A stretch of DNA of 64,000 nucleotides from Minisyncoccota bacterium (GTDB lineage Bacteria > Patescibacteriota > Minisyncoccia > 2-02-FULL-40-12 > GWA2-44-9). Where the stretch lies: the NCBI GenBank assembly GCA_035620375.1, contig DASPGX010000028.1, forward strand, positions 2,974 to 66,973. Direction: 5' to 3'. Numbering within the stretch: the stretch's first letter is position 1; each line of letters starts with the position of its first letter. The translations under genes and the position numbers were made by a program. Under the pieces are notes generated by a model that was given only the letters and a program-made list of their open reading frames with translations, was not told the origin of the DNA and did no database searches. Below, piece by piece: positions 20,674 to 29,717 of the stretch.

Positions 20674-21044
20674 ACGTACGTCTTGCATTCCCGGTGACCA
20701 TGTTCGTCCTCGCGGGCGTATCGTTCGGCTACGGCGCCTGGCAGCATCTCGCGGCGCGGAGCGCGCGTGCGGCGGACGCGAGCCGGTTGGCGTACATCCT
20801 GCAGACGATTGAGCATTCCGACCTGTCCCGTGCGGGCAAGCAGGATTTGTACGTTTCCATCGCATCGGGCCTGCCGTCGGCGCCTCCGGTTCTGGGTATA
20901 GATTTTTCCGGCTCATTCGCGGCCCTTCCGGGAGGAGATTCGTGCGTGAGCGACGGCCAGCGTGCGTTGTGCCGTGCGCTGATTACCACCGGAGCCGATG
21001 ACGCAACGCGCGGTGCGGTATGCGGCGGGTGCAGCCCCGAATAG
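20670..21044 (+). CDS. Membrane-anchored Cys-rich hypothetical protein
   Basis: ATGA overlap, N-terminal TM, four Cys, C-terminal CGGC. Confidence 0.65.
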   Translation: MNVRLAFPVTMFVLAGVSFGYGAWQHLAARSARAADASRLAYILQTIEHSDLSRAGKQDLYVSIASGLPSAPPVLGIDFSGSFAALPGGDSCVSDGQRALCRALITTGADDATRGAVCGGCSPE

Positions 21045-21046
21045 AC

Positions 21047-22063
21047 ATGAGCCTGAACGCAAAATACAACCTGGCGTTCCCTGAAAACCCCGCCGATGCG
21101 GAAATGGTTCCCACGCGGGACGGGTTCGGCAAAGGGCTCGTCCGGGCGGGCGAGCAGGACGAGCGGGTCGTCGCGTTGTGCGCCGACCTGACCGAGTCCA
21201 CGCGCACCCAGTGGTTCGCCGAAAAATTCCCCGGACGTTTTGTACAGGTCGGGGTCGCGGAGCAGAACCTTGCGGTTCTGGCCTCCGGCATGGCGAATTA
21301 CGGCAAGATTCCGTTCATCACCTCGTATGCGACGTTCAGCCCGGGCCGGAACAACGAGCAAATCCGGACGACGGTCTGCATCAACAACGTGCCCGTGAAA
21401 ATCGCGGGTTCCCATGCGGGCGTTTCCGTGGGACCTGACGGCGCCACGCACCAGGCTTTGGAGGATATCGCGCTCATGCGGGTCATCCCGCGGATGGTCG
21501 TGGTCGTTCCCGCGGACGCTCCGCAGGCGCAAAAAGCGACGTTCGCCGCCGCATTCAACGGCTCGCCCACATATATCCGGCTGGGAAGGGAAAAAATGCC
21601 GGTATTCACGACCGACGATACGCCTTTTGAAATCGGAAAAGCACAGGTACTGCGGGACGGTTCGGATGTTGCGATAGTCGCTTGCGGCGCGCTGGTTTAT
21701 GAAGCGCTTCTGGCGGCCCGCCGTCTGGCGGATGATGGCATTGAATGCACAGTCATCAATAACCACACCGTGAAACCGATGGATGCACGGACTATCGCAG
21801 ATGCCGCGAGGGCCTGCGGCGCCGTGGTCACCGCGGAGGAACACCAGATTGCGGGGGGCATGGGCTCGGCCGTGGCCGAAGTTCTTGCCGCCTCGGGACC
21901 CGTTCCCGTGGAGTTTGTGGGGATGCAGGACCGTTTCGGCGAGTCCGGGCCCCCGGCGGACCTGATGAAACATTTCGGCCTTGATGCGGATGGTATCATC
22001 CAGGCCGTTCACCGCGTCATGAAGCGGAAGAAGAAGAGCCGCGCCGCGAAACCGAAGAAATGA
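21047..22063 (+). CDS. Transketolase, C-terminal (pyrimidine-binding + C) subunit
   Basis: TRDGFG, ADLTEST, GVAEQN, GPDGATHQALED, YIRLGR, EEHQIAGG. Confidence 0.93.
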   Translation: MSLNAKYNLAFPENPADAEMVPTRDGFGKGLVRAGEQDERVVALCADLTESTRTQWFAEKFPGRFVQVGVAEQNLAVLASGMANYGKIPFITSYATFSPGRNNEQIRTTVCINNVPVKIAGSHAGVSVGPDGATHQALEDIALMRVIPRMVVVVPADAPQAQKATFAAAFNGSPTYIRLGREKMPVFTTDDTPFEIGKAQVLRDGSDVAIVACGALVYEALLAARRLADDGIECTVINNHTVKPMDARTIADAARACGAVVTAEEHQIAGGMGSAVAEVLAASGPVPVEFVGMQDRFGESGPPADLMKHFGLDADGIIQAVHRVMKRKKKSRAAKPKK

Positions 22064-22089
22064 AAATGACCTCCGGGGAGGTCATTTTC
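22062..22089. terminator. Bidirectional terminator hairpin between convergent genes
   Basis: GAAAATGACCTC-CGGG-GAGGTCATTTTC. Confidence 0.7.
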
Positions 22090-22090
22090 A

Positions 22091-22639
22091 TTAGGCTTCC
22101 GAGTTGCTTTTCAGGAGGTCCCTGAGCTTCGCGAAGTCCGCTTCCAGGAGGCTTTTCACCGAAGGATCCTTGAGAGCCTTGGACGGGCTCATCGTCGGGA
22201 GAAGCTTGAACGTTCCGAGAGGGAATGTTCTGCCGTGCACGTTCTCGACGGGGATACGCAGACCGACGCCGTTCAGCGCGAGGTTGCCGAGGGTAACCAC
22301 GACCTCGGGATTCACGCTGCGTATTTCATCCTTCAGGAACGACGCGTGCGAACGGATTTCCTTGGGCGTCGGGAGCTTGTCGTCGTCGGGTCGGTATTTG
22401 ACCACGTTGGTCACATACACCTTTTTGCTGTCGATTCCTGCGCTCCGGAGGAGGCGGTTGAGTTCCTTGGCATGATTGCCTCCCATCGGCTTGCCCTCAC
22501 GCTCGCCGTCCTGGTCCAAAACCTCGTTGACGAACACGATACGGGCGCCGACGGTCCCTTTCCCGAAGACGAGCTTTTTCCCCTTGAATTTTTCTTTCAA
22601 GGCCGTGTTTACGCTCTTGAGTGTCTTGGGGTCCGACAT
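22091..22639 (-). CDS. Family-4 uracil-DNA glycosylase-like protein with degenerate active site
   Basis: LVFGKG..GARIVFV, VYVTNVVKYRP, P.P.EI, VVTLG. GEAPG is replaced by NEVLD, HP by SP, and there are no Fe-S cysteines. Confidence 0.75.
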   Translation of the reverse strand: MSDPKTLKSVNTALKEKFKGKKLVFGKGTVGARIVFVNEVLDQDGEREGKPMGGNHAKELNRLLRSAGIDSKKVYVTNVVKYRPDDDKLPTPKEIRSHASFLKDEIRSVNPEVVVTLGNLALNGVGLRIPVENVHGRTFPLGTFKLLPTMSPSKALKDPSVKSLLEADFAKLRDLLKSNSEA

Positions 22640-22728
22640 GGCTGAAACAGTAGCATAAATGGCTGACTTTGGCAATACCTGAACCATAAAAGGCCCGCTA
22701 CGGCAGGCCCTCTATGGCATACGGTTTG

Positions 22729-22800
22729 TGGGCGGCATAGGAATCGAACCTATGACCTCTGTCTTATCAGGACAGCGTTCTACCACTGAACTAGCCGCCC
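22729..22800 (-). tRNA. tRNA-Ile (GAT)
   Basis: Cloverleaf GGGCGGC...CTGTC-CTGATAA-GACAG...GGTTCGATT...GCCGCCCA; CCA not encoded. Confidence 0.95.
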
Positions 22801-22890
22801 TCGGCCCGGATATACTATACAAAAATCTGGATATAATCAAGATTTCGTGCTATAATGTGTCGTTATGCGGCGTTGAAGCCGTCGGCTGAC

Positions 22891-22963
22891 GGGCCCGTAG
22901 CTTAGTTGGTAGAGCGCCTCATTTGCAATGAGGAGGTCACCGGTTCGAATCCGGTCGGGTCCA
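22891..22963 (+). tRNA. tRNA-Ala (TGC)
   Basis: Cloverleaf with CCTCA-TTTGCAA-TGAGG, G3:U70 identity pair, GTTCGAATC; promoter TGCTATAAT upstream. Confidence 0.96.
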
Positions 22964-23020
22964 CCTGAAAATCGCACAGCGCCCGCCTCTGACGGCGGGT
23001 GCCGTGGTAGGATGAGCCCA

Positions 23021-23563
23021 ATGCGACACGAGGTACCGTTCATCTCTCAATATCAGGGAATCACCGACCCGGCCTGGCAGTGGCGGGGGTGCGGAATTAC
23101 TGCCCTGAAAATGGTCATGGATTTCTGGCATGCCGGGGATTCCGGCAACCGGACAACGGACATGGAAACATTGTTCCGTGAGGGTACGCGGAGCGGAGCG
23201 TACCGTGAAGGCGTCGGATGGTCGCATGCCGGCCTGGTCGCGCTTGCCCGCGCCTTCGGGTATGAGGCGTACAACCGTGACTGGGCACCCAAGGGTCCGA
23301 CACCGAAGGAACCCGGGGCGGCGTTTACGGAGCTCATCAGGGAGCTTGAGTCCGGACCCGTTCTGGTATCGGTATTCAGCGGGCTGAACCCCGCCCGCGG
23401 CGGGGGGCATATTGTTGTGATGACCGGAACGGAGAGCGGCCTCGTATACTTCAGCGATCCCGAACAGCTCAACGAGCGCGAGGGAGTCCGTGTGTTGGCT
23501 GCGGAGGCGTTCGCACAGGCGTTCAAGGCGCGGTACGTCGTGGTCAGGCCGGCTCAACGGTGA
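23021..23563 (+). CDS. Peptidase C39-like protein
   Basis: VPFISQY, CGITALKM, GHIVV, DP: papain-like Q/C/H/D set. Confidence 0.8.
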   Translation: MRHEVPFISQYQGITDPAWQWRGCGITALKMVMDFWHAGDSGNRTTDMETLFREGTRSGAYREGVGWSHAGLVALARAFGYEAYNRDWAPKGPTPKEPGAAFTELIRELESGPVLVSVFSGLNPARGGGHIVVMTGTESGLVYFSDPEQLNEREGVRVLAAEAFAQAFKARYVVVRPAQR

Positions 23564-25230
23564 CTGACGAAGGGAGACGGTTCCTCGGGTGGTCCGGGAG
23601 GCCCGGCGGGAGGCTCCGGTTTCTTGTGTACTGCCCGCCAGACAAGCGCGCCGATAACGACAACGGCGCCGGCACCGGCCAGAACATGCGGCAGGTAGGT
23701 GAACAACAGCTCCAGGAACGGCGTGGATTTCTTGTGCGTTGCGGGTGCTCCGACTTTTTCAAATACGCCGTCGCCGTTGTCGGCATATATGACGATACGC
23801 GCGCCGTCAGGCAGGTTTGCCAGCAGGAGCGAGGTGTCATGGGTGTAGAGCGTTTCTATGAGCTGGCCGTCCGCGCCGATGATGTCCACGCGGTAGCCGT
23901 TCGACGGCGCGCCTGATGCCGGTTCCTGCCACTGTATCGTCTGTCCGTCGCCGTCTCCGGAGGGACCGATACTGATAGTCGGCGTAGGGGCGGGCGGAGG
24001 TGTCGGTGTGCCGCCCGGTCCCGGACCGGGGGTCGGCGCAGCCACCGTTGAGAACGTGAATTCAACAGCCGATTCGTTTCCGGAAGCGTCTCCGCTCCGC
24101 ACGACCGCCGTATACGAGGACTGCTGCGCGAGGTCGCTGACAGGGATGAGGTGTTCCAGCTCCAGGGTACTGTCGGAACCGCCCCCGACGGTGATTTTAT
24201 CCACGCCCTGCTGGATGACCACGAGGGAGTTCGCCGCTTCGTTCGTCGTCCACGCGATGCTGACGCTCTCATGCGTCACGTTGACCGCCCGCGCGTTGGT
24301 GATTACCGGGGGCGTCGTGTCCGGCGGCGGGGTCGGTGCCGGTGTTCCGGTCGGCGGCGGGGTAGTCGGGCCGGGAGTCGGCGAGACGCTGGTTCCGGCG
24401 CTCGTGAATTGGCCGTTAACCTGGGTAACGTTGCCCCAGACGTCCTTGGCGGTGAGGGTGAACTCGTGCGCGGTGCCGGGGTCGGATATCGTCAGGAGGA
24501 CGGAACACGACTGAACGGAGAGCGGACAGCTGGTGTACGAACCCGAGTACGGCACGGTGTACGCCTGACCTTGGCCCTGGGGACCATACTGCACCGACGC
24601 ATCCACGGGCTCGGACGCATTGAACGACAACCGGACGCTCTGTACGGAAAGAATTTCGGCGGAAACGTTTGTCAGGACGGGGTCGGTGCTCTCGGTATTC
24701 TCATACAGGGCGGACTTGAAGGCGAACTCCCGCTCCTCACCGCCGATACGGGACAGGCCGCCGGTGTAAGCCGCCTGCGGGGGTGCGTTATGCGGCAGGA
24801 CCTGCTGTTGGGCCGCGTAATAGATGCGCAACGAAGGCATTGCAGTGCTGATGCGCACAACATATGGCTGATTTGCGGTGACCGCGACCTGGGACGGGAG
24901 GGCAATCTTCAGCCGCATGCCTCCCGAGCTTTCGGCGATGGCCGGAACCGTGACGACCCTGCTGGAGATGAGGGTCGAGGACGGGTTATACAGCTGGAAT
25001 GTCGCCGTGCCCGACGTACCGTTGGTGCTGACCCACACGTCAAAGCCGCTCAAATGGTCGTTCAACGGGAGAAAAACCTGCTCCACCGGCTGCGGAGACG
25101 AGGCGACGAGCAGGCTTTCCGCAAAATCCGGGTTGAACTCAAAGTACAGTGCATCCGCAAAGACCGTTTCCGGGGAGAAAAACAGCGCGGCCAGGAGAAA
25201 TACGGTCACAAGCGCTCTCACAATATGCAT
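23554..25230 (-). CDS. Secreted/membrane-anchored surface protein with fibronectin-III-like repeats and Pro/Thr linkers
   Basis: Signal peptide (VFA-D), DTTPPVI...IAWTTNEAANS...H...L...Y motif, PTP linkers, C-terminal TM. Alternative start GTG 25221. Confidence 0.8.
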   Translation of the reverse strand: MHIVRALVTVFLLAALFFSPETVFADALYFEFNPDFAESLLVASSPQPVEQVFLPLNDHLSGFDVWVSTNGTSGTATFQLYNPSSTLISSRVVTVPAIAESSGGMRLKIALPSQVAVTANQPYVVRISTAMPSLRIYYAAQQQVLPHNAPPQAAYTGGLSRIGGEEREFAFKSALYENTESTDPVLTNVSAEILSVQSVRLSFNASEPVDASVQYGPQGQGQAYTVPYSGSYTSCPLSVQSCSVLLTISDPGTAHEFTLTAKDVWGNVTQVNGQFTSAGTSVSPTPGPTTPPPTGTPAPTPPPDTTPPVITNARAVNVTHESVSIAWTTNEAANSLVVIQQGVDKITVGGGSDSTLELEHLIPVSDLAQQSSYTAVVRSGDASGNESAVEFTFSTVAAPTPGPGPGGTPTPPPAPTPTISIGPSGDGDGQTIQWQEPASGAPSNGYRVDIIGADGQLIETLYTHDTSLLLANLPDGARIVIYADNGDGVFEKVGAPATHKKSTPFLELLFTYLPHVLAGAGAVVVIGALVWRAVHKKPEPPAGPPGPPEEPSPFVSHR

Positions 25231-25240
25231 ATTCTACCAC

Positions 25241-25264
25241 AAAGAGGCCCCGAAGGGCCTCTTT
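25241..25264. terminator. Terminator after the major pilin gene
   Basis: AAAGAGGCCC-CGAA-GGGCCTCTTT. Confidence 0.7.
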
Positions 25265-25281
25265 GTATGCTGACCGAGAAA

Positions 25282-25737
25282 CTACCGGACGACTTCGATG
25301 GTCTCGCCGAGTTCGGCGAACGGGGCGCGGACGTTAATCCGTCCGTTCGCGTCGCGGTACACCTGATAGCCGGTGGAGGCGACGGTGCCGTTCGTGGTCG
25401 GGTCAACGACCATCGTGGACAGGTACGTCGGTTGGACGCACGCCGCGAGGTCGAAGTTACCGGAACCCGAGCCGACAACCGTGTAGGTGCTCGGCAACGC
25501 CGGACAACCGCCCGTGGTGGGCCAGTTACCGCGGTTGTCAGCCAACCGCTGACCGATGGCGTTCAGCACGGTGTTAATGTTGCTCCAGCGCTGACTGTTC
25601 CGCGCCTGGGCGAACTGCCGGGCGGGGTTCAGAGCCACGATAACGACCGCGGCCAGGATGGCGATGATACCGATGACGACCAGAATCTCGATAAGGGTGA
25701 AACCCTTACGGGTCCGGCCGATATTCCCTCTTTTCAT
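25282..25737 (-). CDS. Type IV pilin (probable major pilin)
   Basis: KG|FTLIEILVVIGIIAILA prepilin motif, NPARQFAQARNSQR; own extended -10 (TGGTATAAT) upstream. Confidence 0.92.
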   Translation of the reverse strand: MKRGNIGRTRKGFTLIEILVVIGIIAILAAVVIVALNPARQFAQARNSQRWSNINTVLNAIGQRLADNRGNWPTTGGCPALPSTYTVVGSGSGNFDLAACVQPTYLSTMVVDPTTNGTVASTGYQVYRDANGRINVRAPFAELGETIEVVR

Positions 25738-25853
25738 GTATGAATGTGTTGGTTAGTGAAATACGAAGATACTGTCTGGGGCGCCATGCATGGAGCGTCC
25801 CAGCTCCTATCGACCATAGGCACTATTGATTATACCAGCCGCAGCATCGGCGG

Positions 25854-25862
25854 TTATCCACA
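25854..25862 (+). promoter_or_regulatory. Consensus DnaA box upstream of the pilin promoter
   Basis: TTATCCACA. Confidence 0.45.
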
Positions 25863-25882
25863 CGAATTGAAGCTGATTGCCG

Positions 25883-27325
25883 TCATTTTATCTCGTTCCA
25901 GTTGATGGGAGTGTAATAGCTGGAGGTCTTGGGGAAACTCGGAGGAGGATAAAACAGGAGATTGGGGTCGTAGATGATGATGCGTTGCTGGTACCCGGTG
26001 CCGTCGCTCCAGGCGAATCCGTACCGCTCTTCAGAGCCGATCATCCCGTAGAGCGTGATTTTCTGGCGGACGTGGTTGGGAGAGCACCGTGGCTGGTTGC
26101 CGGAGGGCGGCCGGTAGTAGTAGCGGCCGACCCGGTTGCTCTGCGCCAGGAGCGCACCGTCAATCCGCAGGTCGTCCTCGCTGTCCCATCCGGCATTCAC
26201 ATTGCCCTGGGCTACGAGCGAAATAATATCCTGACCGTCGTAGTTCGTGTACAAAAGGTCCCGGTTGACGGTTATGTGCATCCGGTGGGCGGGATTTTCC
26301 GGGAAACGCCCTGTCGCAATGGTAATCCGGGCCGTATTTATCTGTCCGTCAATCCACACGTGGTCTTCAATGAAGATTATGCCGTTGTCCGGGAACGGAT
26401 AGTTACCGAGAAAGGTTTCGTCTTCAATGCTCCAGGTGTCCCAGTCCTGCTCGCCCAGAACGCTGACGCATCCGTTGGGCGCCTTGATGGTATCCGTCAC
26501 GTCGTAGAGGTCGAAGGTGTCGTTTGTTTTCAGGATGATGTGGTAGCCCTTGTTGCCGACCGTGTTCCGGTAGAAGCCGTCTGCTTGAGCGCTGGCTTTC
26601 AGGTTGGCGAGGTCCTGAGAGAGTCCGGCGAAATCGATGGGCGGAACGGGGAACTGTCTGCCTGCCTTGAAGACGTCCGGGCGGTTCGGCACGGCTGCAG
26701 GGGGGAGCGGGTCCTGCGGCGCGACGTGGGTATGGACGCCGAATTCATCCTGCCCGCTGTGGTCGGGGTCGTTGAACTCGGCGACCGCGCTGGTGACGAG
26801 ATTATGCGCGATGCCGTCGATGCGGACTCCGGAATTCGAGTGGACCGGTCCGAAGATTTCCGAGCCGGGCCCGAAGAACACGTACGAGCCGATGATGGCG
26901 GAGTATTTTGCGAAGGACGGAATGTCCATCTGTGCCTCAATGATTTTCTCGGCGTCCGGATTCACGGTCAGCGTCCCCGTAGACCGGATGGTCAGGAGCG
27001 TGGAGCCCGTTGCCGGAGGCGAAATATCGAGCGTGAACGTTCCGATGAGATTTCCGTCTTTATCGCGGTAGTCATGGACGTACGGCCCCGGAGCGCCGGT
27101 GCCGTCCTGGTAATCCTTGGGCGCATGCGCCAGGTGCCACCGGTAGTATTCAATGCCGGCCTCCGCGATGAGAAAGGCCTGCTCGGCGTCGCTGTCGCGC
27201 CACACCAGCCGGACGTTCGTGTCCGCCCACAGCACGAAGCCGGTCAGGATAATGATGGAAACCGCGCTGAAAATCAGAACCTGTACCGCAATCTGGCCCT
27301 TGTTCCGGTATCCGGTCATGCTCAT
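25883..27325 (-). CDS. PilX-like minor pilin
   Basis: KG|QIAVQVL (no Glu5), AFLIAEAGIEYYRW, large C-terminal domain. Confidence 0.8.
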   Translation of the reverse strand: MSMTGYRNKGQIAVQVLIFSAVSIIILTGFVLWADTNVRLVWRDSDAEQAFLIAEAGIEYYRWHLAHAPKDYQDGTGAPGPYVHDYRDKDGNLIGTFTLDISPPATGSTLLTIRSTGTLTVNPDAEKIIEAQMDIPSFAKYSAIIGSYVFFGPGSEIFGPVHSNSGVRIDGIAHNLVTSAVAEFNDPDHSGQDEFGVHTHVAPQDPLPPAAVPNRPDVFKAGRQFPVPPIDFAGLSQDLANLKASAQADGFYRNTVGNKGYHIILKTNDTFDLYDVTDTIKAPNGCVSVLGEQDWDTWSIEDETFLGNYPFPDNGIIFIEDHVWIDGQINTARITIATGRFPENPAHRMHITVNRDLLYTNYDGQDIISLVAQGNVNAGWDSEDDLRIDGALLAQSNRVGRYYYRPPSGNQPRCSPNHVRQKITLYGMIGSEERYGFAWSDGTGYQQRIIIYDPNLLFYPPPSFPKTSSYYTPINWNEIK

Positions 27326-27927
27326 ATTTCGCCCCTCAAATTACGGATGGTCGCGTCAATTGACTGCGTGAATCCTGCGGGCGGAAGCGTGGGGTCGTCG
27401 TCGACGGTGACGCGCATCCGGATGAGGCGTATCTGTGCGACCGGAACCGGCGCGGAGAGCGAGGCGGTGTTCCCGGTCCATGACAGCCCTTCCCAGTACG
27501 CAAAGATGTCCGGCCCTGGTACGACGGAGGTGATGACGTCCCGCACCTGTTCATCCACGGCAGGATACGTGGCCGGGTTTCCCGTCGGCTCGGTGACGCC
27601 TTTCCGTATCGTCGTTCCGTCCAGGAAGTACCGGATTTGTTCGAACGTTCCGTCTGCGTCCACGTCGGCATAGAACGTGATGCCGTTCGCCGCGGCGGCG
27701 GCAATCGGATAGCTTCCGTTCTCCGAGATGCTCATGGAACGCGCCTCCGAGATGAACGTCCGGAGCGTCCGCTCGACCCCGCGCTCCGAATCCAGCCGGC
27801 TCCCCAGGAGTGTGCCGAAAAAGTTCACGTCGAGGGCGAAATACGTGGCAAGCGTCATGACGCCGGTCGCGACGGCGATGGTGATGAGCAATTCCAGGAT
27901 TGTGACGCCGCGGCGGTGCATCGTCAT
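27322..27927 (-). CDS. PilW-like minor pilin
   Basis: RG|VTILELLITIAV prepilin motif, IRYFLDG, C-terminal IRN. Confidence 0.82.
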   Translation of the reverse strand: MTMHRRGVTILELLITIAVATGVMTLATYFALDVNFFGTLLGSRLDSERGVERTLRTFISEARSMSISENGSYPIAAAAANGITFYADVDADGTFEQIRYFLDGTTIRKGVTEPTGNPATYPAVDEQVRDVITSVVPGPDIFAYWEGLSWTGNTASLSAPVPVAQIRLIRMRVTVDDDPTLPPAGFTQSIDATIRNLRGEI

Positions 27928-29717
27928 GGATTCAGGGGAACGGTAATACCCTGCCAGTCAGCGATAACGGGAACCTCCGCATTGTAATCGGAGAAACCGG
28001 ACTTTGTGACGGTGAGCGTGTACGTATCATTGGCAAGGCCGCTGAAGAACGCGTTTCCGCCGGGCAGGCATCCGGCGCGGTAGGTGATGCCGACCGCTTC
28101 CAGAGAGGGAGTGGCGTCCTGGTCCAGCGTCCGCATTTCTACCCGGTACCGGAGATAGCGGTTACCGTTGTGCAATGTGGGAAGGTTTCCGCCGGCGCCG
28201 GTATAGAAGGTTGCCGGAGTGCCGTCGGGCCCCGCATAGACCCAGGTAGCGTTGTCGTTGTTCGTGGCAATCTGGAGCCGGACGCTGTCGGTTCCGGTTT
28301 CGGACGGCTGGGACGACGGCGTCATGCCGGCCGAGAAGAATGAGATGCTCGCCGTCCCGAAATCGACGGTTTCCGATTCCAGCCACGCATAGCTTCCCGT
28401 TGCGTGGGGCCCGCCGGGCGGAATGAGCGTAAGTACGCCCGCAGAGGCGGTGTATATTCCGCCGCTCTGCTGGCTGAACTGGCCGCCGCTCCAGTCGCTT
28501 TGGGACCAGGTATTGCGTCCGCTGACGACCGTGACGTCGTACGCGCCGCTGGCAAGGCGCACCGCCGCGTCGTTTAACGGTGTGCCGCCCGGGCCGGTAA
28601 CCGTGACGAGCAGTGACGAGGGGTCCTTCGGCGCCATCAGCCAGGTGACCGCAAGTGACGAACCCGGATTAAGGGTGAACGGCGAGGGATGGCTGGTCCC
28701 GGCGATATCCCACGAAGCGTCCGTGGATCGGGCCGTGAAACTGTCCCATTCCAGCGGTGAGACCGACACGGTGCCGCCGGCGCCGGTCTGGTGCGAAACG
28801 GAGTATTTGGGGATATCCGGAGCGGAGCCGATGAGTTTGGAACCGGTCAGGAGAAAGTCAACGCCTGGTACGGTGCCGCACACCGCGCTCCGCGAGGTGA
28901 AGGCGACGTCACCCGTTACGTCGATGGAAAACGTCGCCACGGTCAGCTGCTCCGCAACGATGGTCAGGTCGGGCTTTGCGGGGTTCGGGTTCGAAGGCTC
29001 GCCGGGCGGATACGTGCGGTCCGTAGAGTAGCCCGCCTTGGTGACGGTCACCCGGTAGCCCGCGGAATCGGTCGCCAGGCCAATGAGCTGAAGGAGGCCG
29101 TCCGCATCCGAAGTGTCCGTGATGTTGACGGCGGGGGTCACTCCCGTGTTGGTGACCGTGATGGTCGCACCCGGCAGTGCGATACCCGAGCCGTCCAGAA
29201 CGCGCACCAGGAGGTACCCGGTCTTCGACGGGTCTTCCAGGTTGCGCGGAGCCAATGTCGTGGTCATCCGGATATCCGAGAACCGCGGGCATGAGGCACA
29301 CAAGATGCGCAGTTCGATGATTTTGTAGTCCGCCGGGTCGGTATCGCCCGGGGTGCCGTCCAGGAGGCCATCGAAGGGGTCGTCAATGTTCCTGACCGTC
29401 GTTTCGACGGTGAACGGCACGCCGCCCACGGTGACCGCCTTGGACGGCGGAAGCAGTCCGGGCGGCACGCCGCCGACCGTGCCGACGTCCTCGTAGCGCA
29501 TATTTCTGATAATCTCCACCTCGGATTCTATGATGTTTGCCGCCGTCGCGTGGTATTGTCCCGCAGTCACGATGTCGAGCGTGTTGCTGTACGACAGATA
29601 CAACCCCGAAGAAACAATGACCAGGATGGTCATGCCGATGAGCGTTTCCAGCAACGTAAAACCGGCCGGGACGCATCCGGCTTTTGTGCGGCCGTCCGTC
29701 GGTGCAAGTTTTCTCAT
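27924..29717 (-). CDS. PilV-like minor pilin with carboxypeptidase-regulatory-like Ig domains
   Basis: AG|FTLLETLIGMTIL, E.IRN..Y..VG, repeated GATITV...T...G...Y.VTVTK.GY domains. Confidence 0.8.
   Translation of the reverse strand: MRKLAPTDGRTKAGCVPAGFTLLETLIGMTILVIVSSGLYLSYSNTLDIVTAGQYHATAANIIESEVEIIRNMRYEDVGTVGGVPPGLLPPSKAVTVGGVPFTVETTVRNIDDPFDGLLDGTPGDTDPADYKIIELRILCASCPRFSDIRMTTTLAPRNLEDPSKTGYLLVRVLDGSGIALPGATITVTNTGVTPAVNITDTSDADGLLQLIGLATDSAGYRVTVTKAGYSTDRTYPPGEPSNPNPAKPDLTIVAEQLTVATFSIDVTGDVAFTSRSAVCGTVPGVDFLLTGSKLIGSAPDIPKYSVSHQTGAGGTVSVSPLEWDSFTARSTDASWDIAGTSHPSPFTLNPGSSLAVTWLMAPKDPSSLLVTVTGPGGTPLNDAAVRLASGAYDVTVVSGRNTWSQSDWSGGQFSQQSGGIYTASAGVLTLIPPGGPHATGSYAWLESETVDFGTASISFFSAGMTPSSQPSETGTDSVRLQIATNNDNATWVYAGPDGTPATFYTGAGGNLPTLHNGNRYLRYRVEMRTLDQDATPSLEAVGITYRAGCLPGGNAFFSGLANDTYTLTVTKSGFSDYNAEVPVIADWQGITVPLNP

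Noticed and set aside
24151-27673. 530-aa and 598-aa plus-strand ORFs
   Set aside because: Antisense to well-supported pilin and FN3-like genes.
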